Shown one piece after another: positions 12,001-24,000 of a DNA stretch of 64,000 bases. Below the pieces are notes generated by a model that was not told the origin of the DNA, did not search any database, and worked only from the letters and a program-made list of their open reading frames with translations. Source of the DNA: Eledone cirrhosa (Eukaryota); assembly GCA_964016885.1 (NCBI GenBank), contig OZ024740.1, positions 405,790,001 to 405,854,000 on the forward strand. Reading direction: 5' to 3'. The translations under genes and the position numbers were made by a program. Positions within the stretch are counted from its first letter, which is position 1; each line of letters begins with the position of its first letter.

Positions 12001-15000
12001 AAGAGGTGAGAGAATTCTGGCTGCATATGGCCAGTTTAAATCCTCCTCCTCCTACTTCTTCTTCTTAGCAACTGCCTCAAGTTGATCAGGCTGGGAGCCA
12101 ACTGATCTCATGAATGTAATTCAATCATTTTATTCATGGTCTACTTCTGTGACTCCTGCCAATTGGCTTTGCCTGTAAAATCTGTCCAATGATTCTTTCT
12201 TTAGACATTCTAACCACATGTCCACTGGAATAACCACTGACCCATTGCTCTTAATTTACTAAATCACAATATTTTTCCAGTTTCAATGGAAATTGTGTGT
12301 TTAATGGTTAAGAGGTTCACTTTGCAATCATTAGGTCCCGGGTTTGACCCTACTGCATGTCACCTTAGATGAATCTCATAACCTTGGGTCAACTTATGGT
12401 TAGGGAGTTAAATTGGGTAGATAGAAACTGTTTGGAAGCCCGTTAGATGGGCTGTAATTCTAAGAACCAGCCTTGTCACACTATTATGTTGAATCTCCCT
12501 CAGAATTACATAATGGATACACATGTCTATGGAATACTCAGCCACATACATGTTCATTTCATGAACAGGCTATTCCATTGATCAAACGACTGGAAAACTC
12601 ATTGTCGAAACCAATGGCCGTCCATTCCATTTCATTGTCCTATAATGAAAGCCATGGTGGGTAACTATGGGAGGGATTGAATATACAGCTGACATGCTGG
12701 TGGTTTGTATCTTGTCATTAACTCTGCAATAAAAGCTGAGGAACATTGTAAAATTGATAAATGTTTTGAATATATGTAACACAAGTTGTCCTGAAGGTAG
12801 ATCTCAGTGAGTGATATAGTGTCCTACATACACTATGATTAAGATGAAGACAATGAAGTCTTCAGTGCTGACTTTCTACCCAATGGAGTATGGAAACTCA
12901 CCGGTGTTACATACAGTTGTTTGACTATTTTGAACATTGTCTTTATGTTAGGATTCAAGGGAGATTATGGTGGAATAATATTTTCAGTTTTTCATTTTGC
13001 ATCCTAGGGTTATGACCCCCCCCCCCCCCTCATTGAAGATAGACAAGCATCTGAAACATTACTTTCCTTTTTCCTCCCTTTATAAAAAATAGACTACTGT
13101 TTGAACTATTTACATTTTATTTTTTTTACCAATCTCAGATTCTACTGTTTTACAAGTTATTTTCATTGCCATCTCCAAAGTCATTGGAGCTTATGCTGAG
13201 CGTAATTGTATGAGTCTAAACTAATTAACCCCTTTTATAGCAAACCAACTGAAACTGCCTGTGGTTCTACAATACAAAACTGTTTGTTTTAAAATGTTTT
13301 AAAATTTATCTAAAAGCTTTCCATTATAATTTTATGTAAGAAGCTTTATTATGCTCTAAACACTTGCTTAATAATGAAAAATTTGGTAACAAAAGTGTTA
13401 AATTATTTGTCAGATATACAATACTTACTACAAAGAAATGTACCTCACCTTGATGTAATCTACTACTCAGGGGATTTGACCACTAAATATTAAGTTTATT
13501 TGCCAGCGACCCACCACAACACTGATGGCAGGATATGAATGGTTAACTTATCACCCATAAAGCCCCCTTATTAACTCGACTTATTATAACTCTTGTGTAT
13601 TTTTGTACAAAGAGATAACTAAATATTTTCTGCTTCACATTTTCACAAAAACCTTCACTGTTTCTTTAGGGTGCACAAGAAGTATTCCAAGAACTTCCAT
13701 TTGAATATGTTGAACCAGAGCACTTACCTAAAGTTGTACAACAGGGAGGTTAGTCTGTTTTTCTGTCAGTCATTTAAACTAATAGTTAATCTTAGAAGCA
13801 TGTTTTTATTTTAATATTTGAAAACGTGAAAAGAATGTAGAGATATTTTGTTAAAATCTATATACAGAAAGCAGTATCACAGCTTTTAGAATTGACACAC
13901 CATATCCTTGCATGTTGTAAGAGGCAACTAAAAGGGTTGGCATCAGGAAGGGCATCCAACTCTGAAACATTCTCATATCATTCTGTCCAACCCATGCCAG
14001 AACAGAAAATTGGATGTAAAAATGTTGATAATGACAAGTACTCCAGCATAATCTTAGCTGTGATTGCTAAAATAAACTAAAGAACTATATAAAAACTATA
14101 AAATTTAAAACTTCAAACTAAAATGAAATAATTTTTGTTTTGCTTCTTTCTACCTATCCTTTCAGCAAATAGGCAGAGCTGTTAGGAGATTGGATAGAAT
14201 GCTTTGCAGTATCTATTCTGGGTCTCTGCGTTTAAAGTTCAAATCCTTCTGAGGTCAACTTTGCTTTTCATCTTTTTGATCTTGATAACAAAAGTACCAG
14301 TCCAGTACTGGTGTTGATTCTTGCTCTATATCTCTTTCTCACTTTATCTCTCTCTCTTCTGGAAGAAATTGCCTGTGTTCAGACCTGGAGAGGGATGAAC
14401 TCTGTCAGGTTTATAATGCCCAAGACATACTGTATGTCACTATGATGCCCCTACAATTCCATTAGAAGTTATGTCTCCATACAAAAATTATGATTTCTGT
14501 TTTCATACATTAAAAGTTTATAGTTTATATCAGTTTATCAATCTTACTATGTCTATCTCTCCCTCTCAATAATAGTCTCATACAAACACATTTATTAAAC
14601 ATGAATTTGTATTGTTTTTATTACAGTCACAAACAAACTGTATGCCTGTGTAGTCAGTCGAGAAGATCACTTTGTTAGAAAAGATGAAGGATCTTTTGAT
14701 GCAGAAGAGTTTGAAGTTCATCCAGAACGATATATTTCTGTATTTAGTCATAAAGTAAGTAAACATCAAAATATAAACTGATATTTTTAATTCCTTTTTC
14801 GTTTTTTTTTATAAGCTTTTATGTTTAAAGCTATGTGGATAATTAAGAATAATATATTTATATGTATTTATGTATGTATATACAGGGTGTCCCCCCAAAA
14901 TATATACACACTTCAACAGCATTTTAATCAAAGTGTGTATACAATTTTTTGGTACATCTATATATATATATAGAAGGTGAAAATTAATAACACAAGTTTT

Positions 15001-18000
15001 ATTACACACTAGTGCCCCCAACTTAACTCTTAACATCCTCGAATGATTAAGTAGAAAATATCTAAAAACAAGTTTGTTAATTCAAACATTTATGGCATCT
15101 TTACTAGTGGACAGATTGTTGTGAAAATTTGCAGTAAACTAAATCAAAGGCTATATTTTTTAATGCAATGCAGTCATAGCATTGTTTTATACATTTTAAG
15201 AAATCCATGCAAATAATTCAGTTTCATGTGGTAGAGAATGTTAAGAATTAACAGGCATGATAGGCCAGTAGAAATTTTGCACCCCTTCATAGCTAAAGAT
15301 GGGTCAAGATAGGAGCGTCCACGCCAAGGTCCTGGGAGTATTGATAAGATCAACAAGATCCTGTTAATCCTATCACTACCACAAGCAAGTTATAAGCTAC
15401 AAAAAAGCTAAAAGCGACTCTGAAAGCTACAAATCACAAAGCTACAGACCGAGGAGACACACAAGCTGAAACCGCTTGGCGCCGCAGTCAGGATTTTACA
15501 TTATATATATGTATATATATATATACACACACACATATATACACACGTATGTGTGTGAGTGTGTAACAGCATCATATACATAGTTTGAACTTTCTAAGTG
15601 GTGAAAGATTATGAGTTCATAGCAAAGGTTTCTAACCTATTTATAGCATCCAACTCTACTTACAGTTATTTTCTGCAGTCAGACCTCACCCTCATATATG
15701 TGCAAGCATGGAAAAGTGGACATAAAAATGATGATGATAGTGATGATGATGAGATGTATTTATCTAATATCATTTACACCAAAATGTTAGCAATTAATTT
15801 ATAATCTGCTGAACTTGTTTACAAACACATTAAATAATTGTTTCTACTTTTGGCACAAGGCCAGCAATTACCCAGTGCGTTACTGTTACTTTATTTTATC
15901 AACCCGGTAAGGATGAAAGGCAAAGTTAACCGCAACGGGATTTGAACTCAGACTATAAAGGGACATAACTATGCTGGAAAGCATGGCGTCCGACCCTCTA
16001 CCAATACTGCCAATTTTGAGGATTGGCAGTATCAGTAGAAGGTTGGACGCCATGCTTTGCAGCATAGAGTTACGCTCCTTTATGGTGTGAGTTCAAATCC
16101 TGTCGATTCACTTTGCCTTTCATCCTTATGGGGTCGATAAAATAAAATACCAGTAATATACTGGGATAATTGCTGGCCTTGTACCAATAGTAGAAACAAT
16201 TATATTTTTATCTCAACCCATCTCACTTGCAATGACTCTACAACAGTTCTCAGTTTGGAAGCCATTATAAGAGCTAAGAGGTCACTTAAGTATGTAGGAA
16301 GTTTAACATGTTGTCAGATGGAGAATAAGGAGACATGACCAAAAACTAATGCTTATCTTTCAGAACAGCATAAACTACCTCCTCCTCTGAAGCATTCAAA
16401 GAAATGTTAACAGTTGAGACATCAGTAACCATAAATCTCTGAAATCAATTGTGGACTGGTACTAGATGAAGAAGTTTATACACAGATTATACACAATAGT
16501 GTCATACTCCTCATACATAGGAAACAATGTGGTTGTGTTGGTTGTTGTAGGAGTATCTATTTGGTTTGTTTTGTAATTTTAGTCTGACCATCACTATATT
16601 TCTTGCATATGCTAACTAATTAGATCCATTACTTTATCAAGTAATGTATATTGTTACATGTTTTTCTCACTTTCAGATAGCACCATATGCCTCTTGTATA
16701 GTAAATGGTATCTACTGGTCTGTCAACACGCCTCGACTTATCACCATCCCTGATGCCAAGAACTTGTTAAAACCTGTTGCAACACCATGGCTATCATCCA
16801 TGCAAGGCTGTCCTCTTCTTCCCCATCGTTTGTTAGCTATCTGTGATATATCTGCTGATCCTGGAGGCTCAATAGAATTCATGAAGGAATGTACCACAAT
16901 TGATCATCCATTTTGCCTTTATGATGCAGAACAACATATGGAAACAGAAAGGTAATTTGGTTACATAAATAATTCTCCAAATATTTCACTAATACTCCAG
17001 GAAGTCTATATGACATATCCATCAGTTCCAAAGATATGTTGTAATTCAAGGACATTGGTCATATAAGAACACAAGACATGTCTTGTCAATGGATTCATTC
17101 TACCAATTTCAAATGGGCAAGGAGGCATCATTCTGAGGTCTGACTAAACAGATCAAAGTTGAACCAGCAATATTAAAGGGACATTGCCTGGATCCCCATA
17201 ATTGCTTCTAGTACAAAGTGGGTTTTATCCAGCTTGTCAGCCTCCTGTTAAATGGCCAGGGAATCACTAAATTGAGTTAATGGTTGCCCATCATATGCAC
17301 TTTTTAGTATTTTAGCATTTTAGTTAACCTTGGCATAGTTCGTTCAATTTGGTATAGTTGAATCTATTCAAAGTTAACTTCAACATATGTAAGCTATCTT
17401 ACAACTTCAAGGTTATGCTCTTTGAAATTTATTAAGAACTCCTTTTCTTTTTTTCTTCCTTCCTAATAAGATATATACAGAAGAATATTTTACTAAATTA
17501 TTCCAATATACTTCAATATACATATTGCTTTTTGAAAACAATTAATATAATTAAACCTATGAGAGTTAAGCTTGTCATGGATATTATACAAAGAAATAAG
17601 GACATATAGAGAAAGGCTATTTAAGTATAAGGTAAAATAGGGAAATCTTGGGAAAAGGGTGATGTTGTGCGTCAGCAACAATTAGTCCATAAGAGTTTGA
17701 CAAATTCAGTTGTGGTGAGGGATAAAGAATCTAATACTCATAGCTCTTACCTTTTGTCTGAGTGTGAGGGAGTTAGAGTGGTGTTGTTGCTTTGGTTGTA
17801 TTCAAGTAAAATGTTGGTCTAATGATAGCATTAGGTGGTTAGTCAAGACTGAAAGAACTGCAACAGCTAAAACTGTCTCCATAAGATACAATGTAAAAAA
17901 TAATGTTAATTATTTTTGTGATCAAGTGACTATAGTGAATTGTTGTCATACTAATATGGTGTACATTTTTACTGAGTTTTTGGTGTGATGTTAATGACTA

Positions 18001-21000
18001 ATTAAATGTTTATAATGTATATTATCAAATGTTTGAGCTGTGTTAATATTGTATAAAAAGTTGGTCTGTTCCAAGACCAGAGGCTCATGAGGCTGATGCT
18101 TAACTCGGTTTTATTAGCATCAAGCAACTGGGAGTACAAGACTCTATCCTGTAGATAACCCCAATTCATCACATGGTTAATCTCCAGCTGCTGTTGGTAC
18201 TCATTTTCAACTGGGTTGACTGGAGCAATGTAAAATGAAGTCTTTTACTCAAGAATACAATGTGCTACCCAGTTGAGGAATTGAACCCACAAGATTATGA
18301 TCACCAGTTCAATACCTTAACCATTAAGCTATGCTGCCGAGTGATATTGTCTGGTGATACTAAATGATTGCAGTACCAATATAGTATAAATTATATGTAT
18401 CCTAATGAGGAGGCATGTGACCTCGTGGTAAGGGTGCTGGACTTAAGATCATAAAGTCGTAGATTTGATTCCTGGCCTGGGTTGTGTGTGGTGTTCTTGG
18501 GCAAAACACTTCATTTCATGTTGCATCAGTATACTCAGCTGAAAATGAATACCAGCAATAGCTGGGGGTTTAACACTGCAATGGACTGGCATCCAGGCCA
18601 GGGGAAGTCTTGTACTCTCAGTTGCTTCGCGCCATGGAAACGGATAAGCACCGGCCTGATGAACCTCTGAGCTCGAGACTTTAAACTTTAGATACTGATG
18701 TGATATTGATTCTTACTGAATGTTTCATATGTTGTGGCTGTAGGATGTAATTATTTGCTTACTCATATTCATATAGACCAGCAGTTCCTTACCTAAGATC
18801 TGCAGACTATTGTGAGGTCCATGGGCTAAGTTCAAAGTTTCAAGTCCTTTAGTCAAAAAATAATAGGCACACACTATTTGGTATATTTTTATCTAAATAT
18901 CAACATTTCCCTCTTTCAATTGCTTTTCTCCCCATGTAACAATCTTAGAGGGGAGTAATTTTAGTGAGCAGTTTGAGAGAATTCATTTACATAGGGTCCT
19001 GGGTAGGGAAATGGCTATTTTCATGGAAATCATTAGTATAAGTTTCTTTTGTTTCAATGCTTTTGTTAATTCTTTAGTTATAATTCTAGATTGTACAAAT
19101 GTTAGTTTTGCAGGTGATGGTGTTCTTATTTGTTCAATTAGCAACATGCCAGCTCAGATACCACGTGAAGCTACAGACTTTTTTGGAGGTCAACTTTTGC
19201 CTCACATTTATGATATGGTTTGTAAATTTTTTATTAAGGATTTTTTATATTTCCTTATTAGTTCTTTATGCTTAGAACAGTAGCACTCCTAATAAATCCA
19301 TGTGTGTATTAACATTTCAAAATCTTCCACAATGCTCCATCTTCAGAATCAGAATGGTGAGAGTGGTGTATTAGTCATGTACTTAGCTGTGTTAGAAAAT
19401 TGTGGACGCCTGAATTAAAATTTCTCAACAGTTGAAGTAGGGCAGTTATAATTGGTTTCACATATGATGTATAAGAGAATTACAAAAGATGCCGCTGCTC
19501 AACTAGAAATTAAACTTTATAAATTAATTACTGCAGTTAATGTACAAATAGGATGCATCCACTTCCAACACATTGAAGGTGAGTTTAGCTCTGCACATGT
19601 TTAGTTATGGCACAGTTAAGACGTACAAACATAACAAACCACTGCAGCCAATAATCTCTCAGATCAACACACCCATAAAACAAGATTGCTAAACAACTGG
19701 ATACCATTATAAAATCATATGTACCAGATTGTTACAGTATAAGATCATCAGATGAATTCCTGGATGTCCTATGTAAAACAGATAAAGTTGAGAATATCTT
19801 CACAGTGGATGTAGAAAATCTTTTTACTAACATCTCAGTGATTGAAATAATAAATATAATCCTTGACAACGTATACCTGGACATACCCAGGAAAATCATG
19901 GAAAATTACTGTTGGCATGTACTTCTACATACAACAGGATGGTGTAGCTATGGGCTCCATACTCAGGTCCGCATTCACGTCATTCTACATATCTAAAGTG
20001 GAAAAATAAATACATAAAGAATTTCATTGTTGGCTAACACCATAGAAAAGAAGGTAAGATTTTCTAGCTATTTCATTCTGCTACTGATGCTTTTATAAAT
20101 GTTACGGCTTCTGCTTCCAACTCATCACTGATTACTAAATGTCAATGCCATATTATTCATTTGTAATATGCACTATTTTCCTGACTTTTAAAACTAAAAA
20201 TTCAGAGTGTACATTGTACATGAAAACTAAGTGTTACTCATTTTCCTTATAGCGAGTGCATGGCTATATTTGGGGTGGCATGAGCAGAAGTTATATCTAT
20301 TGTCCAAGCTAGTTGATCCACAGTGAAGAGTTTAACTCTTTTGATACCAAACTGCCTGAAATCACCCTGGTTTTGTGATACACAGCTGCTCATATTAAAA
20401 TGTTCATACTTATATTAAAACCTTCCATTATAATTTAGTTAAGAAGTTTTTGTTAAGTAATATTTCGAACATTAATTCATGAAAAGGTTAGCTATCTCAA
20501 TACATTTTTCAAAATTTCAAAATTTATTGATATGCATTAGACTGTATTTCATCAGAAATACAATAATAAAAGAATCACTATACTAATGTTACAATTTCTT
20601 TTGATTGTGATAAAACTGTATATACTCATAGATAATTTGCAGTTTTGTTACTCAACTAAAGGGTACCAAAAATACCTGTGATTTATCTACCATAATAGCT
20701 TGGAATTCGCAGCACTTACTAGCACACATACACACCAACAAATGTGTATTTTGGGAAAATTCATCATGTCACCATGCAGTTTACATGATGTTGTACCAGG
20801 TGTAAAAATGATGATGATAAATAAGCACAGATTTGATGATTCAATTTTGCTTAAAAATAAAAGTATCTATGACTAAAATCATATCTTGTCTAAACTTTTT
20901 GCCTGTATCTACACAGATTTATAGACTGGTGACTAAAACTTAAACCTTGGACATAGATATCATAGTGCTGCAAGTAAATTACATGTATCAGATAGATTAG

Positions 21001-24000
21001 TGAGAGCCTTGCCTATACTAACTAAATTCAAAGGTCAATTTTGAATTTGCTTTCAATTTCATTTCGAGCGCATGGATTTTTTGAATAATTTATTTAGAGC
21101 AGTTATAATTAATCTGATGAAACATTCTTTTTTTCTGAACATTGTAATAGAAAGGTCAGTGTGTATTATATATTTCCAAGATTTCATTATTCATAATTAG
21201 GGGTACACATAATACATGTATAAATGCTGTAACTGACTTTATTCTTCTCTTACTCTGTAAAATAAATAGTTGTTTACCTTTTTAATTTTTTTTTAATTGT
21301 TGAACTTATTGGCAATTTTGGAAACATTACAAGCTGTTTCGTTGAGTCAAAGAATTTGTTTAACAAAGTCAGTAAAAGATATATTTTAAAATTGTTTAGA
21401 AGTAGATTTTATGTAGGGCCGACTGTGTTATTCTTTGATAGTGTGATTTAACTACAGCATATTATACATAGATATGGTATTGTTATCATGAAATGAAATG
21501 GAAGGAAACTTTATAAATAGAAACCAATATAGCTGTGTGTGTGGTTAGGAAGTTCCGTCCATGATCTGGGGTTTCATCCACTGCAGGGCACCTTGCACAA
21601 ATGCCTTCTAGTATAAACTAGGGCCAACCAATAACTTGTTAGTGAAATTGGTAGATGTTTTACCAACCCATGCTAGCATGGAAAAGCAGATGCAAAAGAC
21701 ACACCATATCCCAAGGTGCCATAAGAGACAACTTAAAGTTTTGGTGCCAGGAAAGGCATCCAGCTGTGAAAAATTATCTCAAAACATCCCATTGAAACCA
21801 TGTCAGCATGGAAAAGTGAACATAAAAATGATGACGATGATGATGACAGCAATAAATTTTTAGGAATGTATATTTTGTACAATAGAAATATTTTATATAT
21901 ATATATATATACGCAGACTAGAGAGGAACGAAGCTTGCATGCTCCGCTGGATGTGTAACAGTAATATACGTGAACGGCAAAGCATAAACGAACTAAGGAA
22001 AAAATTAGAGATAAGAGGGATCAGATGTTGTTTACTCGAGAGAAGGCTACGTTGGTATGGACACGTGATGCGCATGAAAGTCGATAGCTGTATAACAAAG
22101 TGCAGGGCAATAAAGATAGACGGTAGTCACGGAATAGGCAGACCTAGAAAAACCTGGGACGAGCTGATAAACTCCGACATCACACACTTACACCTCTCCA
22201 AGACAATGTCACTGGACCGAGACCTTTGGCGGTACTCAGTAACAGAGAAGACCCGCCTTACCTAAATATATAGTAAAACCTACTCCAGCCAGTAGGCATC
22301 TCTAACAAAATACACCCCGTCCCACCACCCCCACCCCATTCTATGTAAAGTTATGTTGGTGCCGCGCCATCCAGGCCGAAACAAATGAGATCGTGTAGGT
22401 GTCACGACAAAAAAACACACAGTCCACGCTGTAATGTGGCCGTGTAGGCAACACGGTAAAAACCTCCCAGACCCACACTGTAAATGTGGTTGGTGTTAGG
22501 AAGGGCATCCAACTGTAGAAAACCTGCCAGACAGTCCTATGCGAGCAAGACAATCACTCTTGCCTCAAGTGGGACTACCCCCGTCCAAACCCATGCAAGC
22601 GTGGAACACGGACGTTAAACGTTGATGATGATGATGATATATATATATATATTTTATAATTAGTCTTTTTTTTTTCCCACAGGTAAAATCAGATGCTAGG
22701 AAATCATTTGAAGAATATGATGTGTCACCTGCAGTGAAAAATGTAAGTGTATTTCAGTATGAGATCCAATCATTATCGTAAATATTAGTTTATTTAACAA
22801 TTAATTTTTAAGAATGTTTGCCAAAATAGTTTTTAAATTATTTGTCATAACAGGATGCTTCTTTTATGAAATATGCAAAAAATATCTTGATAATAATATC
22901 ACATATCTCACATCCTATTACAGCACTGTGAGACAGTTAAAAGACAGTTTGTTTTTATTTATTGTAAGTAGGATTATAATAGTTCAAAATTTAGGCAGAA
23001 GCCCAGTAATTAGTGTGGTGGCAGTCAATCAAATAAACCCCAGTACTTGACTCATACTTTATTTTATCAATCCTAGAAAATGAAAGATAAAATTTATATA
23101 GAGAGCTGGAAGAACTGCAGCAAAGCATTCTGTCCAGTGCAGTAATGATTCTGACAATTCACTGTGGAATTACATGCTATTGAAGGAAGTGTAAGCCAGG
23201 CTACAAATACTTGTCTTTCTGAAGTCTATTTGAAACACCATCTTTCTGGCAGACATTAACTTGTGATTCACTTTTATGCGTATCCAGTTTAGAATAGATA
23301 CTCCATATCCCTGCATGTCTTGGTAATAGGAAGAGGGTCCAGCTGTAAAATATTGTCTCAAAATGTTCCATCCAACTCTTGCCAGCATGGAAAAGTTGCC
23401 AGAATTGTCTTCAGCTAGGCAAAGAAATAGTATAACAGGCAAAAGGGATCTGTTGCTTGTGGTTCATCATTTGGATGACTATCTACTGTTGGACTACTTG
23501 GGTTGACTTAGGGCAACACTATAACATCCAACTAGTTACTCTCAGCTCATTGCTACTTACTGCCAGACCATACAATACCACATTTCTGATAAATGCAACA
23601 TAGTTGCTTTTAATATAAAAAAATTGACTTTATTTATTACCAATTGCAGCAACGGTGTCTGAAATACTCTCACCAACTACATAATGTGTGCACTGTATTC
23701 TTTTGTTCTCCATTTTCAGCATTCATTTGACTCTGTAACAGAACTGAGTCTATTATCCCCAGTGTGTCGTAAGAATAGAAATTGTGACACAAGTGTTAGT
23801 TTCCTGTCAATTTTCTTGAGAACTCACTGCTCCTTTAGTGTATTCATTAACTCTTAGTATCCTGTACTATATTAAAACACATTAGCAAGTTGTTCTTGAA
23901 AAGTACAAAACAGCACTATGACTGCATCACATAAAAAAATTAAAGTCTTTATCCTAATATTGTAAATTTTCACAACAATTTGTCCACAAGTGAAGGATAC

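Noticed and set aside
18630-18680. GAAAC...CTGATGA in the SINE tail resembling a hammerhead ribozyme core (also 10036-10070)
   Set aside because: There is no NUH cleavage triplet after stem III and no stem I or II. The second copy reads CCGATGA. It fits an ordinary SINE 3' tail.
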